A stretch of DNA of 60,990 nt, filler included, from Sandaracinaceae bacterium (GTDB taxonomy: Bacteria > Myxococcota_A > Polyangia > Polyangiales > JADJQN01): the NCBI GenBank assembly GCA_947483975.1. It is 6 parts of 6 records of this genome, joined end to end, with 100 filler letters (N's around TTAATTAATTAA, not from the genome) between each part and the next. Parts side by side here need not be neighbours in the genome. Positions count along the whole stretch, not along the records: positions 40,863 to 50,891 come from CANKOL010000184.1; positions 50,992 to 60,990 come from CANKOL010000185.1; 4 more parts are not named here. The stretch is one strand, 5' to 3'. The notes below the pieces were generated by a model. That model was not told the origin of the DNA. It ran no database searches and saw only the letters and a list, made by a program, of their open reading frames with translations. This document shows positions 47,568 to 56,672 of the stretch, piece after piece. Each line of letters opens with the position of its first letter. The first letter of the stretch is position 1. A program made the position numbers and the translations under genes.

Positions 47568-48783
47568 AGAGCAGCAGGGCCGCGAGCGCGCCGACGCCGA
47601 GGAGCACGAGCGCGCCGACGGCGTAGAGCACCCAGAGCATCGCCGACGGACCGCCCGCCGCAGGGACGCGCAGCACGGGCGGCGTGGGAACGCTCGAGAA
47701 GCGCAGCGGCTCCTCGTAGGCGCGGAGGCGCCCGGTGTTCGACTCGCTGCTCTGCGCTCGCGCGTCAGCTTCTGCGCGCGCGCGCGCGACCGGGTCCGGA
47801 GTGCGCGGATCGTGCACGGGAGTCAGGCGCTCCGGCGCTGCGGGCGCATCGTACGCGGCGCGCGCCACGGCTCTCGGCAGGTCGGCGTCGGGCGTGATCC
47901 GGGCCGCGCGATAGAGCGCCGCCGCGAGCTCGACCGCGCTCATATGCCGCGCCGCAGCCTTCGCGGACATCGCCTTGTCGAGCACCGCCTCGACCGCCGC
48001 GGGGAGCTCCGGTCGCCGCACGCGCAGCGGGACGCGCCGACCGTGCAGGATGGCCCCGAGGAGCTGCGCTTGGTCGGCGGCGTCGAACGGCGACGCGCCC
48101 GCGAGCGCCTCGTAGGCGCACACGCCGAGCGCGTACACGTCGACCGCGGGGATCGCGTCGCGCGCCGAGAGGATCTGCTCGGGGGCCATGTAGCGCGGGG
48201 TGCCGATGGTCGCGCCGACGGCGGTCAAGCGCGCGCCGACGTCGATGACGCGCGAGAGCCCGAAGTCGAGCACCTTGAGCGGGAGTCCACCCTCGCTCGG
48301 CAGAAACAGATTCTCCGGCTTGAGGTCGCGGTGCACGACGCCGAGCGCGTGCGCGTGATCGATCGCGTCCGCCGCGAAGGCGACGAGGCGCAGCACCACC
48401 TCGAGCGGGAGGCACTTCTCGCGCGCCAGGCGGCTCGCCAGCGTCTCGCCGTCGAGCGCCTCCATCGCGAAGTACGGCGTGCCGTCCGGCGCCGCGCCGA
48501 CCTCGAAGATGCGCACGATCGACGGGTGAATCAGCGCGCTGAGCACATCACTCTCGCGGGCGAACCTCGCGCGCTGCTCCTCGAGTTGCGCGCGCGTCTG
48601 CTGACGCTCCTTGCGCAGAATCTTGAGCGCGACGCGCGCGCCGCTGCGCAGATCGGTCGCCGCGTACACCTGTGACGAGGCCCCGCCGCCGAGCAGCGCG
48701 TCAATCCGGTACGTCTCCGCGAAGAACGTATCGGGCGCGAAAGCCTCGAGAAGCTGCGTGGGCTCGTCTTCGAAACCGGTCAA
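47560..48783 (-). CDS. Hanks-type Ser/Thr protein kinase with C-terminal TM
   Basis: VALK, HRDLKPEN, DFG, GTPRYMAPE, DVYALG; terminal hydrophobic helix. Confidence 0.93.
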   Translation of the reverse strand: MTGFEDEPTQLLEAFAPDTFFAETYRIDALLGGGASSQVYAATDLRSGARVALKILRKERQQTRAQLEEQRARFARESDVLSALIHPSIVRIFEVGAAPDGTPYFAMEALDGETLASRLAREKCLPLEVVLRLVAFAADAIDHAHALGVVHRDLKPENLFLPSEGGLPLKVLDFGLSRVIDVGARLTAVGATIGTPRYMAPEQILSARDAIPAVDVYALGVCAYEALAGASPFDAADQAQLLGAILHGRRVPLRVRRPELPAAVEAVLDKAMSAKAAARHMSAVELAAALYRAARITPDADLPRAVARAAYDAPAAPERLTPVHDPRTPDPVARARAEADARAQSSESNTGRLRAYEEPLRFSSVPTPPVLRVPAAGGPSAMLWVLYAVGALVLLGVGALAALLLFS

Positions 48784-48817
48784 GCAGGCGTACCCTACAC
48801 GGGGACACCCCCCGCCG

Positions 48818-49363
48818 TCATTCGTCGCCGCGTTCGACGTCGTCGATCGTCAGCTTTCGCGGGTCGCCGATCGTCAGCTTTCGCGGGTCTTCGATCGTCA
48901 GCTTTCGCGGGTCGCCGCGGAGCCGTCCGCGCGTGCTCGCGCCGGTCGAGACGGGCGCGCCGAACAGGTAGCGCCAGCCCTCTCCGTCGTGCACGAAGCT
49001 CGACAATTCCACGAAAGAAACGTCCTTCGCGCGCGCCTTCACGCGCGCCGCGAAGAGCACCCGCGCCACGCCCTCGGCGTCCGGCGGGCGCGTGTCGAGC
49101 ACCTCGAGCGACTCGTAGACGACGCCTCGCCCGAGCCCATCGCGCAGGTGCGCGAGGATGTCTTCGCGCGGCTCGCTCCGATCGTCGTGATCGGGGTGCA
49201 GCGAGGTCCAGAGCCACTCGACCTCGCCCCGCGCGAACGCCGCGAAGCGCGAGCGCATCAGGACCTCCGCGCTGATCGGCTCGGCGCAGCCGCGATGAAA
49301 CGGCGCGCAGCACTCGGCATAGAGCAGGCCCGTGCCGCAGGGGCAGCGTGAGTCGTCGTGCAT
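48818..49363 (-). CDS. ychJ: YchJ (SEC-C/UPF0225) protein
   Basis: CPCGTG..Y..CC..H, AEVLMRSRF.AF, E.S.F..WRY. Confidence 0.88.
   Translation of the reverse strand: MHDDSRCPCGTGLLYAECCAPFHRGCAEPISAEVLMRSRFAAFARGEVEWLWTSLHPDHDDRSEPREDILAHLRDGLGRGVVYESLEVLDTRPPDAEGVARVLFAARVKARAKDVSFVELSSFVHDGEGWRYLFGAPVSTGASTRGRLRGDPRKLTIEDPRKLTIGDPRKLTIDDVERGDE
48844..48916 (-). repeat. 24-bp x3 coding repeat (DPRKLTIx) at YchJ C-terminus
   Basis: CGATCGTCAGCTTTCGCGGGTC at 48844, 48868, 48892. Confidence 0.95.
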
Positions 49364-49426
49364 CGCCGCCGAGTCTCGCAACTGCGCGCTCCCGCCGCAA
49401 CGCGCTCCGAGCGTAGGATGCGCGCC

Positions 49427-50665
49427 ATGTTCGACCTTCAGCGCGCGCGCGCCGCGTTCCCCGGGCTTCAGAGCGACAGCGTGTTCTTCGACGCGGCGGG
49501 CGGCTCGCAGCTGCTCGGCGCAGCGCTCGACGCGCAAGCGCTCTACGCGCGCACCTCGTTCGTGCAGCTCGGCGCGAGCTACCCGGCGTCCTCCCTCGCG
49601 GCGGAGCGCGTCGCGGCAGGGCGGGCCGCGATGGCGGAGCTCGTCGGCGCGGGCGCGGCGAGCGAGCTCGTCTTCGGCTCGTCGACGACGCAGCTCCTCG
49701 CCAACCTCGCGCTGAGCGCCGCGTTCGCGCTCGAGCCGGGCGATGAGGTCGTCGTCACGGACATCGATCACGAGTCGAACATCGGCGCTTGGCGGCGCAT
49801 GGCGGCGCTCCGGGGCGCCACCGTGCGGACGTGGGCGATCGACCGCGCGTCCGTCGAGTCGGGCGGCGCGGCGCTCTCGCTCGACGCGCTCGACGCGCTG
49901 CTCACGCCGCGCACGCGCATCGTCGCGGTGACGCACTGCTCCAACATCTTCGGCGCGCTGATGCCGATCGCGGCGATCGCCGAGCGCGTCCACGCGGCGG
50001 GCGCGCGGCTCGTCGTGGACGGCGTCGCCTATGCGCCGCATCGCCTCGTCGACGTGCGCGCGTGCGGCGCAGACGCCTACGTCTTCAGCACCTACAAGGT
50101 CTACGGCCCGCACCTCGCGGTGCTCTGGGTGCGCCCGGATTGGGCCGCGCAGCTCGCGCCGATCAACCACGAGGTGCTCGGGCAGGCCCTGCCGTACAAG
50201 CTCGAGCCGGGCGGCGTGCAGCACGAGCTCGTCGCGTGTTTGCCAGCCGTCCGCGACTACCTCGCCGGGCTCTCCGGGCTGCCCGCCTCGACCGAGGTGC
50301 GCGCGCGCCTCGCCGACGCCTTCGAGCAGATCGCCGCGCACGAGGCGACGCTCGCGCAGCGCACGCTGGATTTTCTCAACGGGCGCAAGGGCGTGCGCGT
50401 GATCGGCCCGACGACCGCAGACCCTCGAGTGCGCGTGCCGACGCTCTCCTTCGTCGTCGAGGGCGTGCGCTCGCCGGACGTCGTCGCCGCCGTCGATCCG
50501 ACGGGCGTCTGCATCCGTCACGGCGAGTTCTACGCGGGGCGCATCATCTCCGCGCTCGGGCTGCGCGAGCAGGGCGGCGTCGTGCGGGCGTCGATGGCGC
50601 ACTACGCGACGCTCGCCGAGGTCGATCGCCTCGTCGCTGCGCTCGACGCCGCGCTCCCTCGCTGA
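49427..50665 (+). CDS. Class V PLP enzyme, cysteine-desulfurase-like (VC1184 type)
   Basis: FFDAAGG, DHESN, DGVAYAPH, PLP lysine FSTYK, RASMAHY. Confidence 0.85.
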   Translation: MFDLQRARAAFPGLQSDSVFFDAAGGSQLLGAALDAQALYARTSFVQLGASYPASSLAAERVAAGRAAMAELVGAGAASELVFGSSTTQLLANLALSAAFALEPGDEVVVTDIDHESNIGAWRRMAALRGATVRTWAIDRASVESGGAALSLDALDALLTPRTRIVAVTHCSNIFGALMPIAAIAERVHAAGARLVVDGVAYAPHRLVDVRACGADAYVFSTYKVYGPHLAVLWVRPDWAAQLAPINHEVLGQALPYKLEPGGVQHELVACLPAVRDYLAGLSGLPASTEVRARLADAFEQIAAHEATLAQRTLDFLNGRKGVRVIGPTTADPRVRVPTLSFVVEGVRSPDVVAAVDPTGVCIRHGEFYAGRIISALGLREQGGVVRASMAHYATLAEVDRLVAALDAALPR

Positions 50666-50718
50666 CGCGCTCTCCCGCGGATGCGCTCCCTCGCTGACGC
50701 GCGCTCCTGCGGATGCGC
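50651..50718. repeat. 32-bp x2 duplication covering the stop codon
   Basis: GCGCTCCCTCGCTGACGCGC.CTCC.GCGGAT at 50651 and 50683. Confidence 0.9.
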
Positions 50719-50769
50719 GGACGCGCCGCCGCGCTCGACAGGCGCGCGCGTCTCGCCGACGATGCGGGG

Positions 50770-50891
50770 GTGCGTCGCCTCTGCGTGTCTCTCGTGTCCA
50801 TCGTCGTCGCGCTCGCGGCGTGCGACTCTTCGGTCCACCCAGCGCCCGCTGCGCCGCCGCCCGCGCCGCCCAGCGTCCCCGCCGCGCCGCC
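50770..50891 (+). CDS. N-terminus of a lipoprotein, truncated
   Basis: VRRLCVSLVSIVVALAAC lipobox followed by Pro-rich linker. Confidence 0.55.
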
Positions 50892-50991
50892 NNNNNNNNN
50901 NNNNNNNNNNNNNNNNNNNNNNNNNNNNNNNNNNNTTAATTAATTAANNNNNNNNNNNNNNNNNNNNNNNNNNNNNNNNNNNNNNNNNNNN
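50892..50991. other. Artificial contig linker
   Basis: N44-TTAATTAATTAA-N44. Confidence 0.99.
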
Positions 50992-51064
50992 ACTCCCATC
51001 GCGCTTGTGGCCCCGCACCGCCTATGCGACCGTCGCCTCCCCCTCCCCGGAGAACCCGCATCCC

Positions 51065-52390
51065 ATGGCTGAGATTGCCCCGCTGCACGCGCTCCGCTTC
51101 GATGATCAAGAGCTCCCGCTGGTCGTGGCGCCTCCCTACGACGTCCTCGGACCCGCCGAGCGCGCCGCGTTCGCCGCTCGCTCCGAGCACAACGTCGTGC
51201 ACCTCGACCTGCCCCTCGGCGACGGCGACGCGAAGTACGCCAACGCCGCCGCGACGCTCGCCGCTTGGCGCAAGCAGGGCGTGCTGCGCCGCGACGACCG
51301 CGGGACGTACGTGCGCTACGAGCAGACGTTCGCGCCGCCCGGTGGCGGGGCCGCGATCACGCGCCGCGGCTTCTTCGCGCTCGTGCGCGCCGAGCCCTAC
51401 GAGGCGCGCGTCGTGCTGCCGCACGAGCGCACGCTGAGCGGCCCCAAGGAGGACCGCTACAAGCTCTTCTGCGCGACGGCGACCGCGCTCTCGCCCGTGT
51501 TCCTCCTCTATCGCGATCCGAGCGGCGACGTCGCGCGCGCCCTCGACGACACCGGCCCGACCCTGCGCTGGACGAGCGAAGACGGCATCGAGCACGCGAT
51601 GGCGCGCATCACGGATCAGGCCGAGATCCACACGATCGCCGAGGCGCTGCGCGACGAGCCGCTGCTGATCGCGGACGGGCATCATCGCTACGAGACGACG
51701 CTGCGCTACGGCGCGGCGATCGACGCCGAGCGCGCCGAGCAGGGCCTGCCGCCGGCTCCCAACGGCGCGCACAAGTTCGTGCTCGCCTTCCTCGCGAACG
51801 CCGACGACCCGGGGCTCGTCGTCTTCCCGACGCACCGCCTCGTCAGCGCGATCCCCGCGTTCGATCGCGCGGCGATGCTCGAGGGCGTGCGCACGCTCTT
51901 CACCGTGACCGCGACCCGCGCCGACGACGTCAGCGCGCTCGTCGCGGAGCTCGCGGCCGCGGGGCAGCTGCGGCCCTCGGTCGCGGCGGTCTTCCCCGAC
52001 GGCGAGGCGGCGATCCTCACGCTGCACGCCGACGCGGACGTCGACGGGCACCCCGTGCTCGGCGGGCGCGCCGAGGTGCTGCGCCGCACCGACTGCGTGC
52101 TCCTGCACGCCGGCATCCTCGAGCCCGTGCTCGGGCTCACCGCCGAGGCGCAGGCGAAGCAGACGAACCTCGCCTACTTCAAGGTCGCCGCCGACGCCGT
52201 CCGCGAGCTGCACACGCACGCTGGCGCGCAGGTGCTCTTCCTGATGAACGGCACCCCCGTCGCCGACGTCCGCCGCTCCTGCGAGGCAGGCGAGGTGATG
52301 CCGCAGAAGAGCACGTTCTTCTACCCGAAGGTCCCGACGGGCGTGGTGATGCACGCGCTCGACCCGAACGACACCGTTAATCGCGGCTAG
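51065..52390 (+). CDS. DUF1015 family protein
   Basis: APPYDV, PHERT, IADGHHRYET, PTHR, MPQKSTFFYPK; GGAG RBS. Confidence 0.92.
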   Translation: MAEIAPLHALRFDDQELPLVVAPPYDVLGPAERAAFAARSEHNVVHLDLPLGDGDAKYANAAATLAAWRKQGVLRRDDRGTYVRYEQTFAPPGGGAAITRRGFFALVRAEPYEARVVLPHERTLSGPKEDRYKLFCATATALSPVFLLYRDPSGDVARALDDTGPTLRWTSEDGIEHAMARITDQAEIHTIAEALRDEPLLIADGHHRYETTLRYGAAIDAERAEQGLPPAPNGAHKFVLAFLANADDPGLVVFPTHRLVSAIPAFDRAAMLEGVRTLFTVTATRADDVSALVAELAAAGQLRPSVAAVFPDGEAAILTLHADADVDGHPVLGGRAEVLRRTDCVLLHAGILEPVLGLTAEAQAKQTNLAYFKVAADAVRELHTHAGAQVLFLMNGTPVADVRRSCEAGEVMPQKSTFFYPKVPTGVVMHALDPNDTVNRG

Positions 52391-52430
52391 GAAGCCGGGA
52401 CTCGCGGCTAGGAAGCCGGGACTCGCGGCT
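52381..52430. repeat. 21-bp x2.4 tandem repeat covering the DUF1015 stop codon
   Basis: TCGCGGCTAGGAAGCCGGGAC at 52381, 52402, partial 52423. Confidence 0.95.
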
Positions 52431-52470
52431 GAGAATTCACCGCTCGCGACGGCCCTCAGTCGCGGGAGTT

Positions 52471-52500
52471 TTGACACCGAGGCCCTCGGCACGATAGGAA
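52471..52500 (+). promoter_or_regulatory. Candidate sigma70 promoter with palindromic spacer upstream of romX-like gene
   Basis: Consensus TTGACA at 52471; CCGAGG-C-CCTCGG inverted repeat 52477-52489; weak -10 TAGGAA. Confidence 0.4.
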
Positions 52501-52509
52501 TTCCCCACC

Positions 52510-52773
52510 ATGGCTCTCATCGAGACGGAAGAGGCAGCTCGGCGGCTCGCGCGCGCCATCGCGAGCGACCTATCGCTCTACAACGAAGAGAAGATCGTCG
52601 AGGGGATCACCCGCGACTCGCTCTTCGCCAAGCTCGCAGAAGAGATCGAGGAGGGACGCGCGCTCTTCCGGAGCCGCGTCGCCCCCGAGCTCTACGCGAA
52701 GAACTTCTACGATCGCGCGATCATCGACATCCTCGTGAGGTCGAAGGGGCACATCAAGTCCGTCATGTGGTGA
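52510..52773 (+). CDS. romX: RomX-like protein (partner of RomR; MglA GEF component)
   Basis: 87 aa; [39 protein letters not shown] matches my recollection of M. xanthus RomX. Confidence 0.7.
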   Translation: MALIETEEAARRLARAIASDLSLYNEEKIVEGITRDSLFAKLAEEIEEGRALFRSRVAPELYAKNFYDRAIIDILVRSKGHIKSVMW

Positions 52774-52789
52774 CCACGCGTCCGAGGAC

Positions 52790-53764
52790 GTGTTGGAGCC
52801 CTTCGAGCTGATCGTCGACGACGCAGACAGCGGCGAGCGCCTGGACAAGGTGCTCGCCGCGCGCGTTCCGTCGGTGTCGCGCGCGACGTTTCAGCGCTGG
52901 ATCGACGAGGGGCGCGTGACGGTCGAGGGCGCCGCGGGGCGCGTCAGCGGCAAGGTGCGGGCGGGGCAGCGCGTGAGCGTCGCGCCGGGACCTCCGCCTT
53001 CGAGCGACGCGCTGCCGCAGGACATCCCGCTCGTCGTGCTCTTCGAGGACGCGGACCTGCTCGTCGTCGACAAGCCCGCGGGCCTCGTCGTGCACCCGGC
53101 CGCCGGGCACGCCGACGGCACGCTCGTCAACGCCGTGCTCCACCACACGCGCGTCGAGGATGACGCCGATGACGACGCGGACGCGCCGCTCTCCGGCCCC
53201 GCGCGGCCCGGTCCGCCGCGGCCCGGCATCGTGCACCGCCTCGACAAGGACACGAGCGGCGTGATGGTCGTCGCCAAGACGGTGCGCGCGCGCGACGCCC
53301 TGATGCGCGTCTTCGCGGCGCACGACCTCGAGCGCAGCTATCTCGCCATCGCCGTCGGCGCGCCGCCCGACGCGCTGACGCTCGACACTCTCCATGGGCG
53401 GCACCCCACGGACCGCAAGCGCTTCTCGACGAAGGTCCTGCGGGGCAAGCGCGCCGTCACGCACCTCCGCGTGCGCGAGCGTCTGTTCGGCGCGGCGCTC
53501 GTCGAGTGCACGCTCGAGACGGGGCGCACGCACCAGATCCGCGTGCACCTCGCCGACGCGGGCTATCCGCTCCTCGGGGACCCCGTGTACGGCAAGCCGC
53601 CGAAGGACGCGCGCCTCCGCGCCGCGGCGACGACGCTGGCCCGCCAAGCGCTGCACGCGCGGTTGCTCGCCTTCGCGCACCCGGTGAGCGGCGCGCCGCT
53701 GCGCTTCGAGACGGCGCCTCCGGCAGACTTTGCGGCGGCGCTCGAGGCGCTGCGCGTCGGCTGA
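52790..53764 (+). CDS. rluD: RluA/RluD family 23S rRNA pseudouridine synthase with S4 domain
   Basis: RLDKVL S4; [40 protein letters not shown]. Confidence 0.92.
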   Translation: MLEPFELIVDDADSGERLDKVLAARVPSVSRATFQRWIDEGRVTVEGAAGRVSGKVRAGQRVSVAPGPPPSSDALPQDIPLVVLFEDADLLVVDKPAGLVVHPAAGHADGTLVNAVLHHTRVEDDADDDADAPLSGPARPGPPRPGIVHRLDKDTSGVMVVAKTVRARDALMRVFAAHDLERSYLAIAVGAPPDALTLDTLHGRHPTDRKRFSTKVLRGKRAVTHLRVRERLFGAALVECTLETGRTHQIRVHLADAGYPLLGDPVYGKPPKDARLRAAATTLARQALHARLLAFAHPVSGAPLRFETAPPADFAAALEALRVG

Positions 53765-53792
53765 GCGCAGCGCTCGCCGGGAGGCGCGACGC

Positions 53793-55739
53793 TCAGGGGC
53801 GAGGGGGCAGCCAGCGCGCGAGCATCGCGAGCATGCTCTTGAAGTCCATGGGCTTGCTGAGGACGTCGTCCATCCCGACGACGCGACACTCCTCCACGTC
53901 TTCCTTGAACGCGCTGGCCGTCAGGGCGACGATCGGCAGCCGCGGGAGGCCGCACTCGGCCTCCCAAGCGCGGATGCGGCGCGTGGCCTCGAACCCGTCC
54001 ATCACGGGCATCTGGCAGTCCATGAACACGAGGTCCGGCGTCAGGTCGCCGCGCATCAGCCCGGTGACGGCGAGCTCGCCGTTCTCGACGCACTCGGCTC
54101 GAAAGCCGCGCTTGCGCAGCATCCCTTGGGCGACGACGCGGTTGATGGCGTTGTCCTCCACGACGAGGATGACGTAGCTCGACGCGTTCAGCGTGGCCGG
54201 CGGCTCGGCGGAAGGGCTCGCCGCGACCGGCGCCGCCGACGGCGACTCTGGGCTCGTCGCCTGCCCTGGCTGAGCCACCTGGGCCCGCACCGTGAACCAG
54301 AAGCGCGAGCCCTTGCCGAGCTCGCTGTCGACGCCGACCTCGCCGCCCATCAGCTCCGCGAGCCGCCGCACGATCGAGAGCCCGAGGCCGGTGCCGGTGA
54401 ACTTCCGGGCGTGGGAGCCATCCACCTGGGTGAACGGCGAGAAGAGCAGGGCCTGCTTCTCCGGCGCGATGCCGATGCCCTCGTCGGTCACCGAGAAGAG
54501 GAGCGTCGTGCCGTCGGGCCCGCGCGCTTGCTCGGTGGCGCGGACCGTGACCTGGCCGCCCTCGGAGAACTTGATGGCGTTGCTGACGAGGTTCGTCACC
54601 ATCTGGCGCACGCGGAGCGGGTCGCCGACGTAGACGGCGTCGGGGCCCTCCCACTGCGGCTGGAGCCGGACGCCCCGCTTCGAGGCGGACTCGCTGAAGA
54701 GCGCCGTCGCGTCCTGCAGGAGCTCGCGCGGCGTGAACTCGGCGTGGTGGATGTCGAGCTTGCCGGCTTCGATCTTCGACAGGTCGAGGATGTCGTTGAG
54801 CAGCGTCAGCAGCGTCCGCCCGGAGCGCAGGATCGTCTCCGCGAATTCGCGCTGCTCGCCGGGCTCGAGGTCGGGCGTCAGCAGCAGCTGCGCCATGCCG
54901 AGGATGCCGTTCATCGGCGTGCGGATCTCGTGCGACATCGTCGCGAGGAACTGGCTCTTGGCGCGGTTGGCCGCCTCGGCCGTCGCGAGCGCCTCGCGCT
55001 GCTCCTTCTGCGCGCGCTTGAGCTCCGAGATGTCGCGCGCGTTGATCTGGAGGGCGGGCTCGCCGGTGACCGGATCGACGACCCGGCAGACGTCGTAGCC
55101 GTGCCAGACCCGCTCGCCGCCGACGAGCAGCTCGTCCTGCGCGCTGTAGGTCTGCCCCGTGGCGACCTTCTCGCGGATCAGCGCGGGGAGCGCCGGATCG
55201 GGGAAGAGGCTCGCGAACGCGTCGGTCGGTCGCCCCGCCTCGCGGCTCGCCTCGAGGCTGCCGAAGGCCCGCACGGCGGACGGATTCCGCATCAGCAGGC
55301 GGCCCTCGAGGTCGTGCAGCGCGACCATCACGGACGTCTTCTGCATCGCCTCGACGCCGCGCAGGACGGTCGGATCGACGTCCTGCACGACGACGATCCC
55401 CTCGTAGAGGATCGCCTCGCGGTCGTCCTCGAGCAGGATGGCGGCGGTCCGCGAGCGGATCGTCGTCGGCTTGCCGTTCGGATAGAGCCTCCACTGCTCG
55501 CGCGTCGTCTCGCCGCGCGCGTGCCCGCGCATCACGTTCTGCAGGCGGGTCACCGTGCTTTCGCTGAGATCGGAGAAGTCCCGCGCGCGCAGGTGCGCGA
55601 CGTTCGGCGCGCCCCAGAAGTGCAGCCCGGACGCGTTCGCCCACGCCATCCGGCGGTCCGCCAGGTCGAACACCCACATCGGCGTGTCGAGCCCCTCGAA
55701 GGCGACCAGATGCGCGTGCGTGAGCTTCGGCGGCGTCAT
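53793..55739 (-). CDS. Cytoplasmic PAS-HisKA-HATPase-REC hybrid histidine kinase
   Basis: Two PAS-like domains; [43 protein letters not shown]. Confidence 0.93.
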   Translation of the reverse strand: MTPPKLTHAHLVAFEGLDTPMWVFDLADRRMAWANASGLHFWGAPNVAHLRARDFSDLSESTVTRLQNVMRGHARGETTREQWRLYPNGKPTTIRSRTAAILLEDDREAILYEGIVVVQDVDPTVLRGVEAMQKTSVMVALHDLEGRLLMRNPSAVRAFGSLEASREAGRPTDAFASLFPDPALPALIREKVATGQTYSAQDELLVGGERVWHGYDVCRVVDPVTGEPALQINARDISELKRAQKEQREALATAEAANRAKSQFLATMSHEIRTPMNGILGMAQLLLTPDLEPGEQREFAETILRSGRTLLTLLNDILDLSKIEAGKLDIHHAEFTPRELLQDATALFSESASKRGVRLQPQWEGPDAVYVGDPLRVRQMVTNLVSNAIKFSEGGQVTVRATEQARGPDGTTLLFSVTDEGIGIAPEKQALLFSPFTQVDGSHARKFTGTGLGLSIVRRLAELMGGEVGVDSELGKGSRFWFTVRAQVAQPGQATSPESPSAAPVAASPSAEPPATLNASSYVILVVEDNAINRVVAQGMLRKRGFRAECVENGELAVTGLMRGDLTPDLVFMDCQMPVMDGFEATRRIRAWEAECGLPRLPIVALTASAFKEDVEECRVVGMDDVLSKPMDFKSMLAMLARWLPPRP

Positions 55740-55893
55740 GTGCCGAGTGTCAGGTAGAGCGCGGTCATCACAGGCATCTCTCCTAAGGCTCGACAGGTCC
55801 GACAGCACCCGGCCACCACGAGATTTTTCGAGTCAGCGCCCACGCGGGCAGAGGTCGGCAGGTGGAACGGTCGCCTGAGCCGAGCGCTGAGCC

Positions 55894-56541
55894 CTACGTC
55901 GTCTGCTTGAGGATGAACTTCGCGTTCGCGAACATGTCGACGTTCGTGAACACGCAGAAGGTCAGCTTCGCCTTGGAGTCGCGGACGGCGTTGACGACGC
56001 CCTCGAGCGCGGCCTCTTCGTAGCGCGAGCGGTGCCCCGCGGGGCCGTGCAGGCGGAAGTAGAGGAACGCCGCCTTCGTCGGGATTGGGCCAGACAGCGG
56101 GTTGTATGCGGCGTGCGCGCCTGAGTCGCCGACCGCGCTCGCGACCTCCTCGGCGTTCCAGGACGGCAGGTCGAAGACGACGGGCGGCAGGCCGCGCGGC
56201 AGGGCCTCGGCGAACGCCTTGAGCTGCGCCTTGACGAGGCGCGACGGCAGCAGCTCCGGCGGCGCGGCGAAGACGAGCGCCTTCGCCTGCAGGGTCTTGG
56301 CGACCTCGGCGGTCTCCATCAGGCCCGGCGTGTTCTTGCCCTTCACGAGGAAGCCGCCCGCGGCGATCCCCTTCGGGGCGAGCACGGTGAACGCGAAGCC
56401 GTCGGCGGACTCGCGCAGCCAGCGGCGCACGGTGCCCGCCCCTGGGACGGCGTTCTCCGTGTCGGAGATCTCCACGGCGGGAAGCTCCGCCCAGTAGCGG
56501 CTGACGGGCACTGGGAATCCGGAGCAAGCGACGAACTTCAT
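55894..56541 (-). CDS. DUF72 (YecE-like) TIM-barrel protein, short variant
   Basis: VE(I) motif, RRW..F.F.V, YFRLHG..Y, FCVFTN..MFANA. Confidence 0.75.
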   Translation of the reverse strand: MKFVACSGFPVPVSRYWAELPAVEISDTENAVPGAGTVRRWLRESADGFAFTVLAPKGIAAGGFLVKGKNTPGLMETAEVAKTLQAKALVFAAPPELLPSRLVKAQLKAFAEALPRGLPPVVFDLPSWNAEEVASAVGDSGAHAAYNPLSGPIPTKAAFLYFRLHGPAGHRSRYEEAALEGVVNAVRDSKAKLTFCVFTNVDMFANAKFILKQTT

Positions 56542-56672
56542 TGGCTGCGCGAGTATAGCGGACATCTGGGGCGACTGCGGCCCCTGTTTGCGTTGCCGCT
56601 GAGATGGGCGGCGAGGGCCCCCCCGCAAACGGTCCTTTCCCGCCGGGGCAACTGTTCGCTAAGATACCGGCC

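Noticed and set aside
48844..48916. 24-bp repeats resembling a CRISPR
   Set aside because: Only 2 variable nt between copies, and in frame inside ychJ
10152..50991. TTAATTAATTAA flanked by Ns, recurring every ~10.2 kb
   Set aside because: Artificial contig-joining linker with six-frame stops; not biological, and genes across gaps are not neighbours
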